From positions 5,280,375-5,341,886 of the forward strand of contig JAUZTB010000066.1 in NCBI GenBank assembly GCA_034780895.1: a stretch of DNA of 61,512 nt. Direction: 5' to 3'. How positions within the stretch are numbered: position 1 is the stretch's first letter; every line of letters starts with the position of its first letter. Position numbers and translations under genes: made by a program. Of this stretch, positions 11,431 through 22,246 are shown one piece after another. The stretch is from Rhynchobatus australiae. Its lineage: Eukaryota. The notes beneath the pieces were generated by a model. It worked only from the letters and a program-made list of their open reading frames with translations, was not told the DNA's origin and made no database searches.

Positions 11431-12911
11431 GTCCAGGTGGGAACAATGCATAGGGATCCCAAAGTCTCCTTTGTTTGATTCAAGGCTAAATGGCAAGTGG
11501 ACTATAGATAGTTTGGTGGAAGAATGGGAAAAATTAAGTTTCTCTCAAATAACTAATCAATGACATNNNNNNNNNNNNNNNNNNNNNNNNNNNNNNNNNN
11601 NNNNNNNNNNNNNNNNNNNNNNNNNNNNNNNNNNNNNNNNNNNNNNNNNNNNNNNNNNNNNNNNNNAACTAATCAATGACATACTTGCCAGCCCCCACCC
11701 CACCGTTGGAAAATATTTGTGGAATTTGGGAAGAAAAGCAGGACTGAATTTGGTTCTGACGTTTACCAGTGGTCTTGCAGGTTGACTATGTGTGCTGCCA
11801 AGGATGACTGGAAGTATCACAGGTAGTCCTGGACACCAATTGAATTGTATCTAAAAAGGAGGCACTTCTCAGAGTGCAATATCCTGAAGATATTAAAAAG
11901 AGAAACAAATCTTTGAAATATGAAGCAACTGCCCATTATTAACTAGAACCCACAGTTGCAACAGAACATTGGATCACATTATTTCCTCACCTTCAAAATT
12001 TAACTTTTATTTATATACGTAATAATCATGGAATGTGGCCTTCATTGGGCAGGCTGCTATTTATTGTCAATGAGAAGCTGGTGGCAAATTGCCTTCTTGA
12101 GCCTTTCTATTCCATAGAATGAAAGTACTCCTGCAGTCTTTTTACAAAGAGTTTTGGGTACACAACTCAATGATAATGAAGGAATAGTCATATTCCTTAC
12201 CCCCCACCCCAAGTCAAATGGTGTACAACTTGAATGGGAACCTTCAGGTGATGAGGTGAGGACCCTTGATGGTAAAGGTTGCAAGTTCAAGGTGTTCTTT
12301 CGAAGAATTATCAATGAGTGGTTCAGTGTGTTGTGTAGATGGTTCAAAATGCAGCCAGCCAGTGCACCAAGGGTGAAAGGAGTGAATATTTAGGGGTGAA
12401 GCATGGGATGCACATCAAGCAGGCTATTTTGTCCTGGATGTAATGATCTTCAAAAACCATTGAAGATTCATAGTAGCGAGTGGTGAATTCTCTTTCATAT
12501 TCTTAACTTCTGCACCCGTAGGTGGTGGAAATATTTNNNNNNNNNNTATTTGAGGCGGGGGGGGTAAAGAGAGTTGTGAGAGAAATTACTTGCCATCAAA
12601 TACATATCCTCTAACTTGCATTTGTAGTTAGATGGCTGAAAATCTTGCATTTCTGGTGAAAGTCAAGTCCCAGACTATCAATGGTTCCAAACTCAGTAGT
12701 AGCAATGATAGCAAATGCCAGGTGGAAATGTTTAGACTCCATCTTTTTGTTAGATACGGTCACTGCATTCACTTATCAACCAAGTCTGAACATGTATTCT
12801 TGCCACAGGTGCAGATGATCAATATCATTCAATAATATTATCAATGGTACTATTGCAATTAATACAAGGATTAATGTTTAAACATGAATAAAGACACATA
12901 CTAGCTATTAC

Positions 12912-12974
12912 CTTTCTATATTTACTTTCTTTAAACGCTGCCGAAGATCCAATACAGGTCGATGTGGAGTGATC
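12912..12974 (-). CDS. PRR11: PRR11 exon (M-ITPHRPVLDLRQRLKKVNIE)
   Basis: ttttattaag|G...AAAG|gtaata; 63 nt, phase 2 to 2; resembles TPGKSQMDLRKLLRKVDVER. Confidence 0.9.
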
Positions 12975-13076
12975 CTTAATAAAAAAAACTATAATTAGTT
13001 TAAGTGCTGCTTATTTACTTTTAACGTGGAAATATGTTTTAATTAAGACTGTTGTCCGAAAGGATTTCCAACTTAC

Positions 13077-13183
13077 ATCATTTTTGGTGATTTCTGCAGT
13101 TGATTAGCTTTTTTCTGCAAATTAAAGCTTTGTAGATCAGAGATTTTGACTAAAGGAGACCTTTTCCTTCCTGGTGTATCCAT
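13077..13183 (-). CDS. PRR11: PRR11 exon (MDTPGRKRSPLVKISDLQSFNLQKKANQLQKSPKM)
   Basis: tttgtag|ATG...GAT|gtaagt; 107 nt, phase 0 to 2; resembles SPKARNPLVTVSDLQ. Confidence 0.88.
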
Positions 13184-13630
13184 CTACAAACAAAGTACGA
13201 TTCATAACATTTCAGACAAAAAAAAAGTTTAAAATGACAAATCTTCACACAACATAGTCTTCAGGCATATTCACAGTTAGTTAAACTATGCCCATTTCAT
13301 GTAAGCATTTTAAAGAATATCCAGCACAATTCCAGTTAGAAACAAATACAGAAGCAAGACATTTGGCCCAAATAGTCAATGCCAGTGTGCATGTCCCACT
13401 TGAGCCTCTTCTTGGCATAAATCTATCAGCGTAACCCTGTATTTGTTTCTCCTGCTGCCCCTTAGTCACTTCAAATACTTCATATGCCATGAGTTCCACA
13501 TTCTCACTACGTTTTGGGGAAGTGTTCCCTATTGGATTTCTTGGTGACAATATTATATTAACAATCTTACCAAATTAAATAACACTATTTTGAAAACAGG
13601 ACTACCAGAGGCAAGTCCAACCAGTACTTG

Positions 13631-14333
13631 AGAAACGACTGCAGATGCTGGAATCTAGATGAAAAACATTATGATGCTGGAGGAATTCCAGAGGCCAGGC
13701 AGTATCCATGGAAAAAAGCAAGTGGAGGAGAGACCAAAAGCAGATTCTGTGATTGTTTCACAGAATACCTGTACTCTGTCCGTAACCGTGATCTGCATTT
13801 CCCCCATCGCCAGTCACTTCAAATCCCCTCCCACTCTATCACAGATGAGTCAGACCTCTGCCTCCTCCACTGCCAGGAGAATTCCAAGCACAAACTGGAG
13901 GAATAGCACCTCATTTTCCATCTTGGAACCTTGCAGCCTAATGACATGAACATTGAATTCTCTCCCCTCCTCCCCCACACCTGCCTATCACAATCTCTTA
14001 CCTGCATCTACTTATCACCACCTTGTGCCCATCTCACCTCCCCTCTTTTGTCCACCTATCACTGCTCTGCTTTTCCCTCCTATATATTGGGCTTCCCTTT
14101 TTCCTATCTTCANNNNNNNNNNNNNNNNNNNNNNNNNNNNNNNNNNNNNNNNNNNNNNNNNNNNNNNNNNNNNNNNNNNNNNNNNNNNNNNNNNNNNNNN
14201 NNNNNNNNNNNNGCTTCCCTTTTTCCTATCTTCAGTCCTGAAGAAGGGTCCTGACCTGAAATGTTGACCACCTGCTTTTCTCCACGGATACTGCTGTCCT
14301 GCTGAGTCTCCCCAGCATCATTGTGTTGTTTCA
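13631..14333 (+). mobile_element. Penelope-like element fragment (GIY-YIG C-terminus and 3' repeat) with an inverted 5' segment and flanking direct repeat
   Basis: ORF 13628 has GGETKSRFCDCFTEYLYSVR, a degenerate GIY-YIG 'GET.R.L..R..EH' motif. The segment ~13655-13725 is an inverted copy of ~14268-14333. Flanks are tccaaccagtacttg (13616-13630) and tccaaccagcacttg (14334-14348). Confidence 0.75.
14234..14269 (+). ncRNA. Minimal type-I hammerhead ribozyme-like motif inside the Penelope-like element
   Basis: gtc-CTGAAGA-(agggtcctgacct)-GAAA-tg-tt-gac: CUGANGA and GAAA core boxes, short stem II, stem I gtc/gac. Confidence 0.55.
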
Positions 14334-14506
14334 TCCAACCAGCACTTGTTCATGTGGTTTTAAAATCATTAAAGCTCAAAAGTAAATTTGTGTGTGCACT
14401 GGTTTGATACGAGTAGTACAGCAACAGGAATAATTATACACTGTAACTAACCTGTTAATTTGGGTGTTAGAGAACTTTAAGCAAATCCTACTGGAATTAT
14501 ACTCAC

Positions 14507-14605
14507 CTTTGGTTTTTCTATTTTGTTCTGGGTCTTTCTTAGCTTCACATGAAGCAAATCCTTTACTGTAACAATCGGTGGTCCACCTCTCTTCTCAGGA
14601 TCAGT
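14507..14605 (-). CDS. PRR11: PRR11 99-nt exon, second tandem copy (TDPEKRGGPPIVTVKDLLHVKLRKTQNKIEKPK)
   Basis: tttttctag|ACT...AAG|gtgagt; phase 0 to 0; open frame. Confidence 0.9.
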
Positions 14606-14684
14606 CTAGAAAAACCCCAAAAGAACAATCCTACATCAAAGTATGTATTAATAAAACAAATAGCTTGACTTGACCAACACTGAC

Positions 14685-14783
14685 CTTTGTTACTTCAAAT
14701 CTGTCTACTGTCCTCTTCAGTTTTACTTGCAGCAAATCTTTCATAGTTATCGATGGTAGCTGACAGTTTTCCTCACAGACTGT
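14685..14783 (-). CDS. PRR11: PRR11 99-nt exon, first tandem copy (TVCEENCQLPSITMKDLLQVKLKRTVDRFEVTK)
   Basis: ttcacag|ACA...AAG|gtcagt; phase 0 to 0; resembles the ITVKDLLTVKLKKT motif. Confidence 0.85.
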
Positions 14784-15659
14784 CTGTGAATGAAGTAACA
14801 GCCATTAGAATTGTGAATGCACTAACAATGTTTAGAAATTATTTTTGTGAAGTGTACTCTGAAGAAATACCTCTGTTAATGAAGCTTCCAGAAATTAGAC
14901 ATTAGTTTGACAGGAGGTTTTGGACAGCATGCTAGCATAAACTTAAGATTTGTTGATAGTCAGGGAGCACAAATTGGGTCCATGGTGGAATACGTCCAAC
15001 AAGATGAAATGGAAGGAAAAAAGAAAGTGAAGCCTACCTTTAGAAGCCACCTACTTTAGTTGCTGTAGCTGCAGGAAAAGATCAACTATGGTTCCCCAAA
15101 GTTTTCAGTTGGTTTCACACTATATTCCAAATGCTGGCTTCTCGCTACTGCTTCATTTATTAATGAAACTCCGCTGCACAGCCAATCTGTCTCATTTTTC
15201 CTGTTCCCATTTCCCTGTTGATGGGGAACATTGGGGCCTCATGACCATATCATCTAATTCGATCCAACTTTGACTGAGAACAGAATAGACTTGATGCTGG
15301 ATGAATGCTGCCTTCTAATACATGTTCTTCTAATTATTGCATGGGGTAGTTTATAGATAGATTGGAACTCATCCCAACTTCTCATCCAAAAGACAGCATT
15401 TCAATAGAGCCTTACTTCTTCACTTATGAAACTGAAAAACTTTCAAGGAGATCAGATCCAGAGCTGGACACTGGGATGTCAATCATACCAACTTGACGCA
15501 CTGCAGGCAAGGATTTTATTTCATCTGCTTCCTCATCCTGCATGTGTGGTTTCAGTAAAGATCCCAACAAATAGATACATGCCCATCATGTTCCCAAAAT
15601 TTAGCATTTCACTTGGACTCAACAAACTGGAGTTTTCAAATACTAATTTTACCAATACT

Positions 15660-18020
15660 GTGGAATTAGAACACAAAAACAGTACAGCACATCACAGGCC
15701 GTTTAGCCCATGATGTCGTGCCAACCTATACAAACACCTACTTCATGATCAATCTAACCCTTCCCTCCTACACAGCCCTTAACCCTCCATTTTTCTTNNN
15801 NNNNNNNNNNNNNNNNNNNNNNNNNNNNNNNNNNNNNNNNNNNNNNNNNNNNNNNNNNNNNNNNNNNNNNNNNNNNNNNNNNNNNNNNNNNNNNNNNNNN
15901 NNNNNNNNNNNNNNNNNNNNNNNNNNNNNNNNNNNNNNNNNNNNNNNNNNNNNNNNNNNNNNNNNNNNNNNNNNNNNNNNNNNNNNNNNNNNNNNNNNNN
16001 NNNNNNNNNNNNNNNNNNNNNNNNNNNNNNNNNNNNNNNNNNNNNNNNNNNNNNNNNNNNNNNNNNNNNNNNNNNNNNNNNNNNNNNNNNNNNNNNNNNN
16101 NNNNNNNNNNNNNNNNNNNNNNNNNNNNNNNNNNNNNNNNNNNNNNNNNNNNNNNNNNNNNNNNNNNNNNNNNNNNNNNNNNNNNNNNNNNNNNNNNNNN
16201 NNNNNNNNNNNNNNNNNNNNNNNNNNNNNNNNNNNNNNNNNNNNNNNNNNNNNNNNNNNNNNNNNNNNNNNNNNNNNNNNNNNNNNNNNNNNNNNNNNNN
16301 NNNNNNNNNNNNNNNNNNNNNNNNNNNNNNNNNNNNNNNNNNNNNNNNNNNNNNNNNNNNNNNNNNNNNNNNNNNNNNNNNNNNNNNNNNNNNNNNNNNN
16401 NNNNNNNNNNNNNNNNNNNNNNNNNNNNNNNNNNNNNNNNNNNNNNNNNNNNNNNNNNNNNNNNAACTCCATCTGCCACTTCTCCACCCAACTCTGCATC
16501 CTGTCTATATCCCATTGTAACCTACAACAACCTTCTACACTGTCCACAACACCTCCAACCTTCATGTCATCCGAAAAACTAACCTATTCCTCCACTTCGT
16601 CATCCAAGTAATTTATAAAAATCACAAACAGTACAGGTCCCAGAACAGATCCCTGTGGAACACCACTAGTCACCGACCTCCAGGGAGAATACTCTCCATC
16701 TACTACCACCCTCTGCCTTCTATGGGCAAGTCAATTCCAAATCCACACAGCCAAGTCTCCATGGATCCCATGTCTGACTTTCTGGATGAGCCTACCTTGG
16801 GGGAACCTTGTCAAGCACCTTACTAAAATCCACATCCACCGCTCTATCTTCATCAATTTGTATTGTCACTTCCTTGAAACACTCAATTAAGTTCGTGAGG
16901 CATGACCTGCCCCTCAAAGCCAATGCTGACTATCCCCAATAAGACCATGCTTTTCTAAATACTCAAATCTGTCCTAAAAATCCTCTCCAATAGCTTGCTC
17001 ACCACTAACATGAGACTCATTGGTCTGCAATTCCTGGGATTATCCCCATTACCTTTCTTGAACACGGGAACAACATTTGCAATCCTCCAATCCGCTAGTA
17101 CCAGTCCGGTAGGACACAAAGATCATCATCAACACCCCAGCAACCTCTTCCCTCACTTCCTGTGGTTTACTGGGGTATATCCTATCTGGCCCTAGGGACT
17201 TGCCCATCTTAATATTTTTCAGAAGCTCCAACACTACCTCTTTCTTAACCTTGAGATGCTCCAGCACATTAGCCTGTTCTACGCTGATCTCACATTCAAA
17301 GTCCCACTTCCCAGTGAACACTGAAGCAAAGTATTCATTGAGGACCTCCCCTATCTCCTCCACCTTCAGGCACATATTTCCCCCTTTACCCCTGAGCGGT
17401 CCTACCCTCACTCTAGTCATCCTCCTGTTCTTCGCATACATGTATAATGCCTTGGGGTTTTCCCTTAATCTATCTCGCCAAGGCCTTCTCATGTCCCCTC
17501 CGAGCTCTCCCAAGTCCCTTCTTAAGCTCCTTCCTGGCTACCTTATAATTCTCAAGAGCCCTGACTGATTTTTGCTTCCTGAACCTTGAGTTCTTCCTCT
17601 TGAAGAAAAGTTCCACCTCTTGTCAACCGTGGTTCCTTTACCCTGCCATCCTTTCCTTGTATCAGTTGGACAAGCCTATCCAGAACCCCATGCAAGTGTT
17701 CCCTATATAGCCTCCACATTTCTGCTGTGCATTCCCCTGATAGCTTCTGTTCCCAATTTATATTCCCAAGTTCCTGCCTAATACTGTCGTAATTAGCCCT
17801 CCCCCAATTAAAATCTTTCCCATATGGTCTGCTCCTATTCTTATCCATGGCTATGCTAAAGGGTCAGTAAGTAGTGGTCACTATCTTGGAAATGCTCAGC
17901 CACTGAGAGATCTGTCACCTGACCAGGTTCATTGCCTAGTACTAGATCCAGTATGAGCTCTCCTCTGGTTGGCCTGTCAACATACTGTGTCAGGAATCCT
18001 TCCTGGACACACCTAACAAA
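15660..18020 (-). mobile_element. CR1-like LINE, decayed ORF2 (endonuclease end, linker, RT) and 3' tail; spans a gap
   Basis: Track ORFs QYVDRPTRGELILDLVLGNEPG (17856), NWGRANYDSIRQEL (17552), LNEYFASVFT...SLGPDRIYP (17049) and KVGGVVDS...LQWDIDRM...WQME (15768) are typical of CR1 ORF2 and are broken by frameshifts. Confidence 0.9.
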
Positions 18021-18039
18021 TTGTTTGAAAACATTAGGA

Positions 18040-18330
18040 ATAGAGTCATAGAGTATGGAAGCAGGCCCTTTGACCAATGAGTCCATGCTGACAATCATGC
18101 AGTCATTTACACTCATCCCATTTTCAAAAATTCTCCTGATATTACCATCAACTCTCCCCAGATTCTACCATTCACCACACACTAGTGGCAACTTTCAGTG
18201 GCCAATTTACCCATCAACTTGCTTGTCTTTGGGAAGTGGGAGGAAACCAGAGAACTTGGAAGCCCATGCAGTCACAGGGAGAAGATGTAAACTCCACACA
18301 GACAGCAGCAGAAAATTCACCCAGGCAACA
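18040..18330 (-). mobile_element. SINE (HE1-like) with CR1-type tail
   Basis: Shares the 'tgggaggaaaccagag...cacagggagaagatgtaaactccacacagacag' core with 9180-9260. Confidence 0.55.
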
Positions 18331-18472
18331 GCTCCACTCGTGGAGCCACTGCTAACAAGAAACATTCAGATGCTACGTTAATAATAAAAATGCTTCCCTT
18401 TCAAGAAGTCAAAAATAGTTTAATTACTTTTAAAACTGAGTAGAATACTTTCACAGTGCAGTACACACTTAC

Positions 18473-18842
18473 CTGCAAAGGTTTTTCAGCTCTGGTTCTC
18501 CGCTGAATCTGCAGAGGCCTCTCTGTAAGCAGGGAAGCAGGAGGTAGAGGAGGTGGGGGAGGTNNNNNNNNNNNNNNNNNNNNNNNNNNNNNNNNNNNNN
18601 NNNNNNNNNNNNNNNNNNNNNNNNNNNNNNNNNNNNNNNNNNNNNNNNNNNNNNNNNNNNNNNGGAGGTGGGGGAGGTGGTGGAGGTGGTGGTGGAGGAA
18701 GAAGAGCCTCATCTGGCGACTTCAGTGGAGCACGACTGATGATTGGCTGCACTGCCCATATTGGAATTTTATTGGGACCTGGTAGGGAATCAATATACTT
18801 TCGACAGCAACATACTTCAGCAGCTTTTGCAGTATTGGGCTC
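18473..18842 (-). CDS. PRR11: PRR11 polyproline exon (EPNTAK...LLPPPPPP[gap]PPPPLPPASLLTERPLQIQRRTRAEKPLQ)
   Basis: tttgcag|GAG acceptor (phase 0) and CAG|gtaagt donor. The poly-Pro tract is interrupted by a 100-N gap, which explains the apparent frame change between ORFs 18486 and 18401. Confidence 0.9.
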
Positions 18843-21284
18843 CTGCAAATGACAACAGAATTCAGAAACAGCAGGCAACATTTGAAACTACCAATTCATG
18901 ATCTCATTAACCCACAAGTACAAAAGGACACGCTGTATCACGTTATTTAACAAACTCACTCATTACATTTACGTGTTAGGCTATAGTTTGCATATTCCTA
19001 AACTCAACCATCATGTACAATGACAAGAGGTGGCGGTGCATGGAACTGCCAATATGGTCAACATGTTCTTTTGATGTCAGTGGATCAAAATCCTGAACTC
19101 CCTACTNNNNNNNNNNCTCCCTACTTAACAGGACTGTGGGAGTATCTTCATCACAAGAAATGTAGCAGTTCAAGCCACCAACACCTTTTCCAATGATAGA
19201 GGGATAAATGTTTGCTTTGTCTGTGACACCCACGCAAATGAACAGAGATTGATCAGTTCAAATACAAGGTTGATCTAAATAAACTAAGAAATTAATATCA
19301 ACTGAAACAGGCACAGTTGTCTATGAAATGGGGTAGATCTCAATTTGGAGAGTTCTGAAATGTTCTTGCAAAGCCAAGCTATAGCTCCACTGGTTCACTG
19401 ATGTGCACTTGTAGAGCTACGTTAGATTCAATGTTAATTCAAGTTTATAATTCTGCATGGTGAACATACAGGTGGCACAAACTCTTCCCAAATAGCAAAC
19501 ACTTAAGAAACAGAGGAATGGTCCTATGACTAGATCATCTAACATAGGATTATTTTTAAATGAGAGAAACACTTAATCTAACATCTGCTTAAGTCTTTGC
19601 ATTACAAGTTGACAGATAGTTCTCTTGATCTATATCGAGGTTGTGAAGAGGATTGCCTACAGCACAAGTAGAGTCCTTGTTAGATTCACTAGTAACAGGA
19701 TCCCACACAAAATCATAGATATTATTAACAAAGTCACTGAACACAGGATTGCAATCAATTCCTCATCCATCATAAGACCTGCCCACCGATCCCACAAGTC
19801 CCAGTTTTCCTGAAAAATTTCGGCAAGATGCTGGGCCAAAAGCATTTGTGACAATCATCAGAAATTCAACTAGGCTGATGAGATACAACTTTTATCTATG
19901 TATAGCTATGGTGAATATATCCCAAAACTCCTTACGTCTGGTATCATTGAAGATCCTTTCCAATAACAGAAGTTACAATACTGACCATGTTATTTCCATG
20001 TTTTGAAATATTACACTTAAATAATTGTACCCAAGTCTTCTGCCTGACCCTGTGAACAATCTCAGATCCTCTATTAAACGTAGAAGGGGCTTGCAAAGAA
20101 AGCTCTCACTTCTTTGGAGGTACCTTGAGTAAATTCAGCCTTGGCCAACACCTCTGTCCAATTTGAGGACTCCTTCCTCCACAGGCAATTTAATTTTCAC
20201 CTTCAAATTTTCAGGTTCAATCACACACGAAAACTCACCAGTTACTAATAGCATCCTTCTACAGTTTCCTGAGAGCCTAGCTGATGTTGCCCTGGCATTC
20301 AAAACCCTCATGCAATCTCATGAAGAGTTCAGAGCATTATCTTACGTTTATGAACCAATAAAACAGATCATTTACTTCAAGGCCAAGGATTCATCATGTG
20401 CTGTATATCACTGGATAAATTATACAAGCTCATGTACAGTTTCAACTCAGCAGAACCTGCATTTATTCCACTAGGTGGCAGGCCATTCCACAAACCACTG
20501 GTAAGAGAAGGTGGTCTTCTGGATCACGTACTGTACATCAGATGAAGTATTTTTTTTACCTTATCCAGATTCCCAAATCATGGATCACATTCTCTCAAAG
20601 GTGTTTGCCTTCAAATTCCAATGGATTCAACTCATCCTCTCCTCTTTGACCTTTGAGGTGCCATTTTCCGGATTCCCCACCCCCCTCACGTCTCTACATC
20701 CTTTTATGTACAGATGTCATAACTAAACAAACTGAGTGATGTCACCAAATACAGTTTGAAGTGTCCATACTTCAGATTTGTAATCCAACAGAATCATCTG
20801 AGTTATCCTTTAACTGGTAATTAAATTCTCCCACTGCAATAAGAACATTGTTTTCTCCATAACATCCATTAAGCAATATCTTCCGTTGTTCATGTGCCTA
20901 ATTAAAGTTACCACCATTGGCTGGCTCTTATTATTTGCTACTAATTAGCCAATTAGATTCCTAGCAGTGGTTTGAACCTATTTTCAAGACATTAAAAGTT
21001 GATTTGGCTTAATTCCCATTTTTCTGACGAAAGGCACAAAATGTTGTTTCCACTTCAGAATGAAGCATTAACAAACTAAGTTCCCAGAACACTTCTGGAA
21101 AGTGTTCAAAAAACGTTCACATCACTGTCTAACCAAGTCAAATTGTGCACCTAATGAGCCACGAAATTTTAATGACAATTACCTTTACTTCCTTAAATAA
21201 ACACTCACCTATTTTGAGATAAAAGTATATTTATTCAATTAGCCACAAAAATTTCATTTTTCTTTTTGAACTGACTGACTTCCC

Positions 21285-22230
21285 CTCTATCATAGTGGAC
21301 AGAGCCCTTGACCTCTATCTTCTGCAACTCCACTGTCAGCTAATCTCCTCCCAGAAGGAGCGAAGATTTCCCTGGTCCTCAATTTCTATCCCACAAACAT
21401 CCACATTCAACAGATCATCCATCACAATTTCTACCACCTTCAATAGGATTCCACCACCAGATCCATCTTTCACTCCCCTCCCATTTCAGTATTCCAGAAG
21501 GGACCATTCCCTTTGAGACTCCCTAATCTACTTTTCTTTCTCCACCAACCACTCTCCTTCTCACAGCATTTTCCCATGCAACTTCAGGACAGGCCAAACT
21601 TTCCCTTTTTACTTCTCTTCCCACCATACGGGGATCCAAATAATCCTTCCAGACGAAGTAGCAATTCACTTGCACTTCTTCCAGTCTGCAATTTCTGCTC
21701 ATAATGCATTCTCAGCTAAATCAGAGAAACTAAACACAGACCAGGTGACCACTTTGTGAAGTGCCTGTGTTCAGTCCACAAGGCCAATCCCAAGTTTCCG
21801 GTTGCCCGTCGCTTCCATTCCCCATCCAACTCCCAATCTGGCCTGTCTGTGGCCTTTTTGCATTGTTATAAAAAAAGCTTAACACAAGCTTGAGAAACTG
21901 TACTTTCTCTTCCATCCTTCAGGTTTAAATTTCAACAACTTTCAAGTAACTTGCTTCCTCTTTTTGCATCAGAACTGGCTGGTTCAGCTGCAAGTCACCC
22001 CTCTGCAATATTGACTCAGTTTCTTCCCGACATATCAGCCAAATGGCTTTGTCAACAACTCATCACCTTGGCAACCCTTCCCACAAAGCTGCAAGAAAGA
22101 CTTCCTTTGGCCTATCCATCCTTCCCTCCACCTGTTCTGCAAATTAAAATCACCTTTAAATCTCTTTCCTTGTTCTGATGAAGAGCCTTCAACCTGAAAT
22201 GTTAACTCTTTCCACAGACCCAGCAACTAG
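21285..22230 (+). mobile_element. Degenerate Penelope-like element fragment with a hammerhead-like motif near its 3' end
   Basis: 'tcagagaaactaaacacagaccaggtgaccactttgtgaa' is a decayed GIY-YIG GETK..GD.F.E motif and is similar to 13725-13930. gtt-CTGATGA...GAAA-tgtt-aac lies at 22172-22206. Confidence 0.65.
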
Positions 22231-22246
22231 AAGTCATTCAGTTTAA

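Noticed and set aside
15718-16611. Long X-filled ORFs (also at 48151-48933 and 56255-56605)
   Set aside because: Artefacts of translating through N gaps.
18553-18852. Apparent frameshift in the PRR11 polyproline exon and the Gly-rich plus-strand ORF
   Set aside because: The frame change comes from a placeholder 100-N gap, and the Gly-rich ORF is the antisense of the Pro codons.
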